From the NCBI RefSeq assembly GCF_000011805.1, contig NC_006840.2: 32,000 bases of DNA. One strand, given 5' to 3'. This document shows positions 18,860 through 27,758 of this stretch, piece by piece. How positions within the stretch are numbered: position 1 is the first letter of the stretch; each line of letters starts with the position of its first letter. Source of the stretch: Aliivibrio fischeri ES114. GTDB lineage: Bacteria; Pseudomonadota; Gammaproteobacteria; Enterobacterales; Vibrionaceae. The position numbers and the translations under genes are program-made. Under the pieces are notes generated by a model. The model was not told the origin of the DNA, made no database searches, and saw nothing but the letters and a program-made list of their open reading frames with translations.

Positions 18860-19752
18860 GTATCTAAATTACATAGAATACTCCATACCTTTTCACCGGC
18901 TGGATGTAACCTTGCTTGATAACGATACGCATAATATTCAATAGGAAGTCGCAGTGATTGTTCACCGATTATTGCGACTTTTTTCTGTGCTAACTCTTCT
19001 TGAATACTGTAAGCAGGCAACCAAGCTATTCCTTGTTTATTCAGTACTAATATCTTCAACATATCAGTCATTGATGACGAAAAAATAGGTGTTAACGCCA
19101 CTTGTTCTCTTATAATTTCTACCTGTCTTCCCATGTAAGATGTTGAACTATATGTTAACCAAGGCACAGCGCCTTGAGATATAAAATCATAAATAGGTTT
19201 TCCCATTTCATCACATGCACTCACAGGTAACAGCTCTGTTTTAGCAATAAGCTGAGACTGATAAGGTGGCAAACGTAAAATATCATCATCAAACGCTAAT
19301 AATATGTCACATGCCCCCTCTCTTAACTCTTTTGTTGCTTCGTCTACGTCAATGGCTTCAACACTTAAAATCGGTTTATAGTCCCCCTCATCAAACGCTT
19401 GCTGCATCTTAGGTATTAAACTAGTTGCTAGCGAGTGTGCCGCTGCAACTTGAACAACATTACCACCTAATTGAGATAAATCTGATATTTGGCTTATGCC
19501 AGCTTCAATCTGATTGACCAAGGTTCTTGCGGTTATTCGGAATAATTTACCACTTGGAGTTAACTCTATCGGTTTACTCTTTCTATCGACTAGTTCAGCA
19601 CCTACGGTATCTTCTAATAAACGAATTCTTCGACTGAATGCAGGCTGAGTGACATTTCTTAATTCAGCAGCTTGTGAGAAATTTTTCACTTTTGCTAACA
19701 CTAAAAAATCTTCTAGCCATTTACTTTCTACATTCATTTCAACCTCATACAA
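18856..19752 (-). CDS. LysR-family transcriptional regulator
   Basis: LEDFLVLAKVKNFSQAAELRNVTQPAFSRRIRLLEDTVGAELVDRKSKPIELTPSG is a LysR HTH. The start could also be the ATG at 19737. The stop overlaps the pgpB-like stop by 4 bp. Confidence 0.92.
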   Translation of the reverse strand: MYEVEMNVESKWLEDFLVLAKVKNFSQAAELRNVTQPAFSRRIRLLEDTVGAELVDRKSKPIELTPSGKLFRITARTLVNQIEAGISQISDLSQLGGNVVQVAAAHSLATSLIPKMQQAFDEGDYKPILSVEAIDVDEATKELREGACDILLAFDDDILRLPPYQSQLIAKTELLPVSACDEMGKPIYDFISQGAVPWLTYSSTSYMGRQVEIIREQVALTPIFSSSMTDMLKILVLNKQGIAWLPAYSIQEELAQKKVAIIGEQSLRLPIEYYAYRYQARLHPAGEKVWSILCNLDT

Positions 19753-20065
19753 CCATTCTATTTGAGATAGTTATCACTATTCCGAAACTGCATTATCACC
19801 ATTTTTTAAAAAATTTTATGTCGGCCAAGCCAAAATATTCGCTTAAATTATCAAGTTATTTCGCTTTTATGTTTAAAAAAGCATCAAAAAAGACATTTAC
19901 CGAGAGCAAAGTCAATTTTTAAACCATTGCACTATGCCGATTTGGCATGATGAAACAATTCTTAGCATTTAACAAAAACCATACCGACTGACATGATTTA
20001 TTTAGCTTATCCGTCGCAAGATGAATTAAAAAAATCAATTAGTTAAAATTTAAATAGGATGTTTT

Positions 20066-21367
20066 ATGTCGGTAATAATTGAAATCTCAGTAGTGCTAAT
20101 TTGCATCTACTGGGGATTAAAAATGGGTGGCCTTGGCGTTGGTTTGGCAGGAGGGTTTGGTCTTGCGGTATTAACGCTTGGATTAGGTCTCGAACCTAGC
20201 GCTCCTGCTATTGATGTTATTCTTATTATAATGTCTGTTGTGACTGCAGCTTCAACCATGCAGGCGGCGGGTGGTATGGAATGGCTAGTTCATCATGCAG
20301 GTAACTTAATGCGCCGCCATCCAAAATATATAAATATACTAGCACCGATCATTACTTGGTGTATGACCATTATGGCGGGCACAGGGTATACGGTTTTTTC
20401 AACTCTTCCTGTTATTTCAGAAGTAGCCAAAGAAATTGGAGAAAGACCATCTCGCCCTTTATCTGCGGCGGTTGTGGCTTCGCAAGTTGCAATTTCTGGC
20501 TCACCTATCTCTGCGGCAATGGCGGCCATGATTTCAATCATGGAACCTGCAGGTGTTAGCTTCTTACAAATTATGGCTATTTGCTTACCCGCTTCTTTCA
20601 TTGCTGCAATGGTTGCGGCATTTATTGCCTCTCGACAAGGCTGTGAATTAAAAGACGACGTGGTTTATCAACAAATCCAAAAAGAAAATAAACAACATGT
20701 TACTTCAATGACTAAAGACATTGATCCTAAGGCAAAATATTCAGTGTTTCTTTTTGCATTAGCTACGTGTGCCATTGTTCTTTATGCCGCTATTCCTTCA
20801 CTACGTCCAGCCTTTCCAAGTGGCGATATCATGACAACACGTGACATCATTATTGTCAGTATGTTTGCTGCAGCATGTTTGATGGTACCTATGTGTAATA
20901 TTCATCCGGATCGTATTATTAAAACCACGACGTTCCGTTCAGGAATGAGCTCTGTAGCGGTTATTTTAGGTATTGTGACCATGGGCTCAACTGTTGTTAA
21001 TGCTCACCTTCCTGAGATTAAAGAATTTGCGGGTTCTCTACTTCACTCTTACCCAATGTTGTTATCACTTGTTCTTTTTGGCACTTGCACATTATTAATG
21101 TCACAAGGCGCAACAACACCACTGATTGTTCCTTTAGCGCTGAGCTTGAATGTTCCTCACTGGGCGATCTTAGCGTCATTCGTTGCAGTAACTGGTGTGT
21201 TTGTTCTACCAACATACCCTACCTCTCTTGCAGCTATTGAGTTTGACTCAACAGGTTCAACTCGAATGGGGAAAAACATCTTTGATCATCCATTTATGCT
21301 ACCGGGTCTAACAGGTGTCATTGTTGCCATTGGCTTTGGTTTCTTACTCGCTCCAGCAGTGCTTTAG
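20066..21367 (+). CDS. Anaerobic C4-dicarboxylate transporter, Dcu (DcuA/DcuB) family
   Basis: GGLGVGLAGGFGLAVLTLGLGLEPSAPAIDVILIIMSVVTAASTMQAAGGMEWLVHHAGNLMRRHPKYINILAPIIT...FVLPTYPTSLAAIEFDSTGSTRMGKNIFDHPFMLPG. Confidence 0.9.
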   Translation: MSVIIEISVVLICIYWGLKMGGLGVGLAGGFGLAVLTLGLGLEPSAPAIDVILIIMSVVTAASTMQAAGGMEWLVHHAGNLMRRHPKYINILAPIITWCMTIMAGTGYTVFSTLPVISEVAKEIGERPSRPLSAAVVASQVAISGSPISAAMAAMISIMEPAGVSFLQIMAICLPASFIAAMVAAFIASRQGCELKDDVVYQQIQKENKQHVTSMTKDIDPKAKYSVFLFALATCAIVLYAAIPSLRPAFPSGDIMTTRDIIIVSMFAAACLMVPMCNIHPDRIIKTTTFRSGMSSVAVILGIVTMGSTVVNAHLPEIKEFAGSLLHSYPMLLSLVLFGTCTLLMSQGATTPLIVPLALSLNVPHWAILASFVAVTGVFVLPTYPTSLAAIEFDSTGSTRMGKNIFDHPFMLPGLTGVIVAIGFGFLLAPAVL

Positions 21368-21408
21368 CACTTACTACAACGCGTATTTCATTTAAAGGAG
21401 TAAATATT

Positions 21409-22119
21409 ATGAACAAGAAATTAGGTATTTTAGGCGGTATGGGACCTTTAGCAACGGTTGAGTTTATGTTGAAGATCATTAGTCAAACCCCTGCACATAA
21501 TGACCAAGAACACATTCCGATGGTAGTAAGTAGCGTTCCACAAATCCCTGACAGAACCGCTTTTATTATGGGGCATGGACAAGATCCTTACCCTGAATTA
21601 AAACACAGCTTTGAGCAACTTGAGCGATCTGGTGCTGAATGTATTGTTATCCCTTGTAATACCGCTCATTATTGGTATCCACAACTGAGTGCGACTAGCC
21701 ATGTGCATACCATCAGTATCATCGATAGTGTTGTTCAAGAAGCGCAAAATCGTCGGTATAAAACCGTTGGCTTATTAGCTACCACGGCAACAATGAAAGC
21801 AAGAATGTACCAACAAAAACTTAATCAATATCATATTGAGGTCATTGAAACTGATGACATTCAACAACGTGATGTCATGCAGGGAATTTACGAAGTAAAA
21901 GCAGGAAATGTAGAAAAAGGAAAAGCATTAATGCTACCAGTATTCGAGTCAATGCTCGCTCAAGGCGCTGAGGCTGTCATTTTAGGTTGCACTGAAATTC
22001 CAGTTGCTCTGGCAGAACAAAACCTCAAGCAACCACAACAATGTTTAGACTCACTGGAAATCTTAGCTAAGTGTTGTGTTGATTGGTCTTATGAAGAACA
22101 AGCCGCTTTAGCAAGTTAA
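21409..22119 (+). CDS. Aspartate/glutamate-type racemase
   Basis: KLGILGGMGPLATVEFMLKII, with paired catalytic-cysteine motifs IPCNTAH and LGCTEIP. 41 nt downstream of the Dcu gene. Confidence 0.9.
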   Translation: MNKKLGILGGMGPLATVEFMLKIISQTPAHNDQEHIPMVVSSVPQIPDRTAFIMGHGQDPYPELKHSFEQLERSGAECIVIPCNTAHYWYPQLSATSHVHTISIIDSVVQEAQNRRYKTVGLLATTATMKARMYQQKLNQYHIEVIETDDIQQRDVMQGIYEVKAGNVEKGKALMLPVFESMLAQGAEAVILGCTEIPVALAEQNLKQPQQCLDSLEILAKCCVDWSYEEQAALAS

Positions 22120-22565
22120 CGATTTCTTCTTACTGAATTCACCGCCATGATGCAAAAAACGACAAGTAACAATAATGGTAATAACCAAAGTACGTATGTT
22201 TTAGCATTTAATGGCGGTTCATATAATACAAAATCACCAAATCGATGCGTCATAAAAGCAATCACTTCTTCTTCACTCTTTCCTGCTTTAATCTGTTGAT
22301 ACACAGTTAATCGTAAATCTTTAGCAATAGGTGAGTTGGACTCTATTAAGTTTTGATTTTGACATTGTGGACATCGCAAGCGTTTAGCCAATTCAATCGC
22401 CTGCTTTTGTTGCTCTTGGGAGGTGAACTCAAACAATTCAACGCTCTCAATAACGTCTTTATCTGCAGAAACGAATAAGTCATTACTATTATCTAATGCA
22501 GCGTTGACTGAAAACATACTCAATAAACAGAATAAATACAGTAATGATTTAAAAGAATGCTTCAT
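22116..22565 (-). CDS. nrfF: CcmH/NrfF-family cytochrome c biogenesis (heme lyase) subunit
   Basis: LAKRLRCPQCQNQNLIESNSPIAKDLRLTVYQQIKAGKSEEEVIAFMTHRFGDFVLYEPP plus a C-terminal TM. Confidence 0.9.
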   Translation of the reverse strand: MKHSFKSLLYLFCLLSMFSVNAALDNSNDLFVSADKDVIESVELFEFTSQEQQKQAIELAKRLRCPQCQNQNLIESNSPIAKDLRLTVYQQIKAGKSEEEVIAFMTHRFGDFVLYEPPLNAKTYVLWLLPLLLLVVFCIMAVNSVRRNR

Positions 22566-23092
22566 TATTTTCCCTCAAAAAAATCGGCAAATTCACGTTG
22601 CCACTTTTCTTCATTCAACGCGCCTGTAAATCGATGTAATATCTTGCCATGTTGATCAATAACAAAGGTTGTCGGCGTTCCATAAACCCCTAAATCCATG
22701 GCTAAAATCCCTTGAGGATCATAAAGAACAGCTTGATATGGATTACCAGTTTGCTCTAATACCTGTTTTGCTGCACTTCTATTATCACGGTAATCTAAAC
22801 CAATAATTGGTATCCCTTGCTCTTTAAGTTGATGTAAAAATTGATGCTCTGTTTTGCATATTCCACACCATGCCGCCCACACATTAAGCAAGGTAAGTGA
22901 ATCATTATGAAAAATAGATTCCGTTAAATACGTAGAGGCGTCGGTGACATCTGATAATTTAAAAGCAGGAACCGTTTCCCCCACCATTGCTGTAGAACCT
23001 GAGGATTCCTTGGTTTCTAAACCACTTAGTAACACAAAAAAAACTGCAATACACAAAATGATAGCAGTGAGAACCTTAGCTATTTGCTTCAT
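22565..23092 (-). CDS. DsbE/CcmG-like thiol:disulfide interchange protein of the nrf cluster
   Basis: Membrane-anchored thioredoxin fold with active site NVWAAWCGICKTEH. Lies between nrfE and nrfF. Confidence 0.87.
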   Translation of the reverse strand: MKQIAKVLTAIILCIAVFFVLLSGLETKESSGSTAMVGETVPAFKLSDVTDASTYLTESIFHNDSLTLLNVWAAWCGICKTEHQFLHQLKEQGIPIIGLDYRDNRSAAKQVLEQTGNPYQAVLYDPQGILAMDLGVYGTPTTFVIDQHGKILHRFTGALNEEKWQREFADFFEGK

Positions 23093-24975
23093 GCTGTTTT
23101 TCTCTTTCTTTTAACCATAGCGAATACCCCTCCAACACACATTAACAATGAGCCAAACCAAATCCACCTCACGTACGCTTTATATTGCAATCGTAACGCA
23201 AAACTTCCATCTTTTAATTTTTCGCCCAGTGTAACGTATATATCGCCGCGCCAAAACCAGTGCATTGCCGGCTCACTCATGTTCATCACTCGTACTTGAT
23301 AATGTCGACGTTGAGGGTGAACATTCGCTATTTCTTTCCCATTTTCATAAATACGTAAATTCGCTTGCTCTGCTGTATAATTAGCACCAACTAATAGCTC
23401 AGTATCTTTATAATGGATATTATAATTCGCAAGTTTCGCACTCATTCCAGGTTCCATTTTTGCACTGGTTTCAAATGAATGATAACTGTTCATCGCAGCG
23501 CCAATCATAACCACAGCCACACCAATATGCGCGATTGCCATGCTTATATTTTTACCTTTAGATCGTTTTATTTCCCACACCGTTCCAATAATAACGGCAA
23601 TAGATAAGATCCACACAATAAGAGGAATAACGTAAATACAATCATATTGAAGTGTATAAATCAGCATTCCACTAATAACTGAACTACCAATGAATATGGC
23701 TGTATTTTTTATTGTTGCCATCTCTGCTTTCTTATTCCATTGCACAAAAATCGATAACGCCATCATACCGAGTGCAATAAGCGCCATTGGAACAAAAAGT
23801 AAATTAAAATAAGGTGCCCCTACCGAAATATTCCCTAACCCTAAGATCTGAAAAATCATAGGATAAAACGTGCCAAGTAATACCGTCACCGTTGCAATTG
23901 CGAATAAGCCACACAACACTAAAAATAGAAAATCACGACTGATAAAATGTTGGATGGGTTCACTGTTAATTTGTCTGCTTTTTACTGTATAAAGGCTAAA
24001 AGAGAGCAACATTACAATAAACAAAATTAGTAATAATATGATGCCTCTTGTTGGATCGACAGCAAACGCATGAACCGACGTTAATACCCCTGAGCGAACC
24101 ACAAAAGTCCCTAAGATACTCAAACAAAAAGTCACTAATGCCAAAATAATCGATGCTTTTAGTAATAGCTTTCTCTTATGACTAGCAATTAATGTGTGTA
24201 GTAATGCGGTGGATGTTAACCAAGGCAACAAAGAAGCGTTTTCTACTGGGTCCCAAAACCACCATCCACCCCAACCTAACTCATAATAGGCCCACCATGA
24301 GCCAAGACTGATCCCAGCAGTAAGCAATGACCAAGCAAGCAATGTCCAGTTTCTCGCATAGCCGACCCATTGAGATGGCACTTTTTTCATCATTAATGCA
24401 GCGAGTGCAAATGAAAAGGTAGCAGCAAAACCAACATAACCGAGATATAACAATGGGGGATGAAATATCAATCCAATATCTTGTAACATTGGATTCAAAT
24501 CTCGTCCTTCTAAAGGCGTATTGGCATAAATAATAAAAGGATTAGATGCAAATAAAGTAAAGGCTGAAAAGATAACAATTAATCCATTTAATATTAAAAG
24601 AACACGTACTAAATAAGATTGCTCAATGCTTTTTCTTTTTAATGTAATTAAGCCAACCCATAAGGTGAGTGTTAATACCCAAAATAGTAATGAACCTTCA
24701 TGCCCACCCCAAATCGCAGCAATTTTAAAAAATACAGGTAATGCAGAATTAGAGTGCTCGGCTATATATCGAATAGAAAAGTCATCAATATAAAACCCAT
24801 AACCTAAAGCAGATATGGATAAAATACAAAAAAGAGCTGTTAATAATGAAAGTGGGAAAATAGATACGGCCCAATTGTCTTCATTTCTAAAAATACCGTA
24901 ACTTGCTGTCACACAAGCAACAGCAGACAACACCATAGTGGTTATTAACCAAAACTGTCCAATTTCAGCAATCAT
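23089..24975 (-). CDS. nrfE: CcmF/NrfE-family heme lyase subunit
   Basis: WWD motif WGGWWFWDPVENASLLPWL; LGTFVVRSGVLTSVHAFAVDP. The track start 24996 is GTG with no SD; the ATG at 24975 (MIAEIGQFW, preceded by GGAG) matches CcmF N-termini. Confidence 0.92.
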   Translation of the reverse strand: MIAEIGQFWLITTMVLSAVACVTASYGIFRNEDNWAVSIFPLSLLTALFCILSISALGYGFYIDDFSIRYIAEHSNSALPVFFKIAAIWGGHEGSLLFWVLTLTLWVGLITLKRKSIEQSYLVRVLLILNGLIVIFSAFTLFASNPFIIYANTPLEGRDLNPMLQDIGLIFHPPLLYLGYVGFAATFSFALAALMMKKVPSQWVGYARNWTLLAWSLLTAGISLGSWWAYYELGWGGWWFWDPVENASLLPWLTSTALLHTLIASHKRKLLLKASIILALVTFCLSILGTFVVRSGVLTSVHAFAVDPTRGIILLLILFIVMLLSFSLYTVKSRQINSEPIQHFISRDFLFLVLCGLFAIATVTVLLGTFYPMIFQILGLGNISVGAPYFNLLFVPMALIALGMMALSIFVQWNKKAEMATIKNTAIFIGSSVISGMLIYTLQYDCIYVIPLIVWILSIAVIIGTVWEIKRSKGKNISMAIAHIGVAVVMIGAAMNSYHSFETSAKMEPGMSAKLANYNIHYKDTELLVGANYTAEQANLRIYENGKEIANVHPQRRHYQVRVMNMSEPAMHWFWRGDIYVTLGEKLKDGSFALRLQYKAYVRWIWFGSLLMCVGGVFAMVKRKRKTA

Positions 24976-25002
24976 ATTGCTCCATACATTTTTCACATAA
25001 AA

Positions 25003-25040
25003 GCCATGCTTATGCTCGTCATTATTGGCATAAGCATGGC
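25003..25040 (-). promoter_or_regulatory. Strong intergenic hairpin between nrfD and nrfE
   Basis: Perfect 13-bp inverted repeat GCCATGCTTATGC (25003-25015) / GCATAAGCATGGC (25028-25040) with a 12-nt loop. TTTT follows on the minus strand. Confidence 0.75.
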
Positions 25041-25049
25041 ATTACTACA

Positions 25050-26006
25050 TTATACGACCGTCATTTGTCCTGCATACAACACAAACGTACGAAGCATTAA
25101 TACACCAAGTAAACTTAATGATGTCACAACAAAAATAAACCCTTTACCGTGAACCAATTCCTTTGGCGCAAATGCATTCAAAGTTAAAGGGGTGATCATA
25201 CCTAAACCAATAACGCCAACCCAGAACCATATTCCCCAAAAACCACCACCAATAGCAGCCCAAGCAGCAGCTTCGCCCTGCCCTCCACTAAAGATTAAAC
25301 CAGTAAAGAAGGTAACAAGTACGAACAACTCAAACAGTACAACAGGTCGTTCAAAGTTATGGATCCACTTCACCGAATGGCTATGGCTTGGTTCTTTAAA
25401 ACCTAAAATACCAAACAGTAAACACGCCGCTGCACCAGACGATAAACTTGAGAACAAGAATAAAATCGGCAATACCGGGTTATTTAACATTGGATACGTT
25501 TGTAATGCTGACAATAAGAAACCAGTATAAGCCGCAAGCATAATAGCAAGCACAGCTAAAAAGATTTCTAACGCATTTTCAAACTGTTCAATCTTAAGCA
25601 AGATAGTATCGATAAAACCAAACTTTCCTTTTAGAAAGCTCATGATATCCTTTCTAAACATTACGCCAAGCCAAGCAAATAGCACAGCCATATACACTTG
25701 GAATAGAATAACCCCCATCGACATCACGGATGTTGGGTTAAAGAAAATCATAATTTTCCAAAAAGAGAGTGGTTTGGTTAAGTGGAAAATCAAAATGGTT
25801 AAACCTGCAATAATGCCAAATGGCGCTAAAATTGCGGTTGCTTTGATAATACCGTTATCTGCAGGGTTACCTTCAATCACTTTACGTTTTAAGTAAATCG
25901 ATATCATAACCGCACCAGCAGACATACCGGCTAAGAAAAGGTAGATCGCAATGATCCAATCCCATACTAAAGAGTCGAAATTAAACGCTGCTTCCCATGC
26001 ACTCAT
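25050..26006 (-). CDS. nrfD: NrfD-family membrane quinol dehydrogenase subunit
   Basis: NrfD/PsrC-like polytopic protein: AAFNFDSLVWDWIIAIYLFLAGMSAGAVMISIYL, starting MSAWE. Position between nrfC and nrfE. Confidence 0.93.
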   Translation of the reverse strand: MSAWEAAFNFDSLVWDWIIAIYLFLAGMSAGAVMISIYLKRKVIEGNPADNGIIKATAILAPFGIIAGLTILIFHLTKPLSFWKIMIFFNPTSVMSMGVILFQVYMAVLFAWLGVMFRKDIMSFLKGKFGFIDTILLKIEQFENALEIFLAVLAIMLAAYTGFLLSALQTYPMLNNPVLPILFLFSSLSSGAAACLLFGILGFKEPSHSHSVKWIHNFERPVVLFELFVLVTFFTGLIFSGGQGEAAAWAAIGGGFWGIWFWVGVIGLGMITPLTLNAFAPKELVHGKGFIFVVTSLSLLGVLMLRTFVLYAGQMTVV

Positions 26007-26007
26007 C

Positions 26008-26694
26008 TTAAATCTCCCCTTTTAAATATGGAATCTTATACAATTTAGGCTTGGTACCTAGATCCACTTTGTCACGGTATACTGGGTTACTATTCAATAC
26101 CGCATTAATCTCGCTATCTTTATCGTTTAAATCACCAAAGGTCAGTGCTTTTGTCGGACAAGATTCAACACAAGCCGGTTGCTTACCTTCTGCTAAGTTT
26201 GTTTCACGGCAAAAATCACACTTATCTGCCGATTTAGTCACAGGATTAAAGAAACGAACTTGATACGGACAAGCTGCCAAACAATAGCCACAGCCAACAC
26301 ATTTTTCGTTATGAACATCAACAATTCCTGTTGTTTCATCTTTATATGCCGCACCGGTAGGACACACCATTACACAAGGAGCATTTTCACAATGTTGACA
26401 TGACTTACGAGTAAAACGGTATTCAACATCAGGAAACTCACCTTTGGGCTCACTACGGATGATTTCTAAACGTGTTACCCCTTCAGGAACACGGTTTACT
26501 TCTCTACATGCTTCCGTACATGCTGTGCAGCCGATACACGCGTTTTCATCATGAACCATACCATAACGCTTTGAACCATCTTCCATGGAATACGCTAAGG
26601 TTTTTTTACTGTTTATTAATGATGTTGTCGCAACACCTGTTGTGAAAATAACCGCACCTGAACCAGCTAAAAAATTTCGTCTAGAACAACTCAT
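26008..26694 (-). CDS. nrfC: NrfC-type 4Fe-4S ferredoxin subunit (Tat signal)
   Basis: SRRNFLAGSG Tat-like motif; CIGCTACTEAC, CQHCENAPCVMVCP, CVGCGYCLAACPYQ and CDFC...CVESCP clusters. Confidence 0.95.
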   Translation of the reverse strand: MSCSRRNFLAGSGAVIFTTGVATTSLINSKKTLAYSMEDGSKRYGMVHDENACIGCTACTEACREVNRVPEGVTRLEIIRSEPKGEFPDVEYRFTRKSCQHCENAPCVMVCPTGAAYKDETTGIVDVHNEKCVGCGYCLAACPYQVRFFNPVTKSADKCDFCRETNLAEGKQPACVESCPTKALTFGDLNDKDSEINAVLNSNPVYRDKVDLGTKPKLYKIPYLKGEI

Positions 26695-26695
26695 A

Positions 26696-27289
26696 CTATT
26701 CTCCTAGCTTATTTTCTTTCTGATTAAAATCAACGTGGCAATCAACACACATCTTAATCTTCGCTGAATGGTCAAAAGAAAGCACAGCTTCTTTCTCTCC
26801 ATGAACGATATGACAAGATGAGCAGGTTAGGTTTTTAGCGTGAACGTCGTGTGTCCAGCTATCTTCACGTAATCGATCAGGCGTATGACAATCAGTACAT
26901 TGGCTATTAGCTTGTAAAATTTCATCAAACGAGAGGGTCACTTTTTCCGTGCCGACTTTTGATTGTGCTGCCGAATATTTTATAACTTGCGGTGCGCCTT
27001 CTCGGTGATCAGGCCCAATTGATTTATGACACTCGACACAATTCACATCACGTTTAAGAATCGCAAATGACTCTTCCCCGTGTGATCCTTTAAGTGTCTC
27101 TTTTTCGTCTTTATGACATTGTGTACACGCATAATCGCGATCACGAATTAATGTCACTTCATGTCGATTGGATGAGTTGGCCTCTACTTGGGGCGATTCA
27201 TCTGCAGCAACATTCAGAGACAAACCATAGAGACAAAATGCGAAGGTAAGCTTCAACATTGTGGCTATGGCTAATTTGACTTTGCCCAT
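26696..27289 (-). CDS. nrfB: NrfB-type pentaheme cytochrome c
   Basis: Five CxxCH motifs: CTQCH, CVECH, CTDCH, CSSCH, CVDCH. The track start is 27328, but the ATG at 27289 (AAGGATATAAAATGGGC) has the better RBS and signal peptide. Confidence 0.9.
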   Translation of the reverse strand: MGKVKLAIATMLKLTFAFCLYGLSLNVAADESPQVEANSSNRHEVTLIRDRDYACTQCHKDEKETLKGSHGEESFAILKRDVNCVECHKSIGPDHREGAPQVIKYSAAQSKVGTEKVTLSFDEILQANSQCTDCHTPDRLREDSWTHDVHAKNLTCSSCHIVHGEKEAVLSFDHSAKIKMCVDCHVDFNQKENKLGE

Positions 27290-27576
27290 TTTATATCCTT
27301 CCCTTTCCATTCTATTTATCAAATTCATAAATAGTTGGATGAGTAATTGTTGTTAAAGAGCTAGTGCTCTTCTTTGGTATCAATTCTCATTGGATAGTTA
27401 GCCACAACGCTTAACAGAAACATTTTATAATTAAATGTGTCTAAATAATACAACTTATGTCTTTATTGTTACACTTATCTACTCCTTTTGTGATATAGAC
27501 CCAGATACTTATATCTCTCTGTTATTTAAAGAAAATAAGAATCATTCTTAATAAAGATAATCGCAAATAACACTTA

Positions 27577-27590
27577 AGAGGTATACCTCT
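27577..27590. promoter_or_regulatory. Candidate NarL/NarP heptamer pair in abutting inverted orientation
   Basis: AGAGGTA|TACCTCT inside the 16-bp palindrome AAGAGGTATACCTCTT (27576-27591). TACCTCT fits TACYYMT. A further TACCTCT lies at 27658-27664. Confidence 0.45.
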
Positions 27591-27619
27591 TTAATGGTGA
27601 TATTGATCACTTATGTAAC

Positions 27620-27633
27620 TTGATGTAAATCAA
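27620..27633 (+). promoter_or_regulatory. FNR box upstream of nrfA
   Basis: TTGAT-GTAA-ATCAA, a perfect match to the FNR consensus TTGAT-N4-ATCAA. Confidence 0.85.
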
Positions 27634-27758
27634 CTCCTATATTGATGTAAAAATTAATACCTCTTAATTAGTATATAATTTACCTGTTTCCAATTCTGAT
27701 TGATGGTCGCTTTCACAACGCTTGGCTAATTAATTAAAAGAATATTGGAGATACAATA

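Noticed and set aside
19674-19922. 82-aa plus-strand ORF overlapping the LysR start and running into the LysR-dcu gap
   Set aside because: Phe/Lys/Leu-rich translation of AT-rich intergenic DNA; no RBS and no plausible product.
20293-20601. 102-aa (-) and 67-aa (+) ORFs within the Dcu gene
   Set aside because: Shadow ORFs of the transporter gene; composition typical of out-of-frame translation.
27356-27371. Short hairpin AAGAGC-TAGT-GCTCTT upstream of nrfB
   Set aside because: Only a 6-bp stem; expected by chance in an AT-rich intergenic region, with no T-run in a meaningful place.
27370-27383. Possible second FNR site TTCTT-TGGT-ATCAA for the nrfB direction
   Set aside because: Only one half-site matches the consensus well; too weak to call without footprinting.
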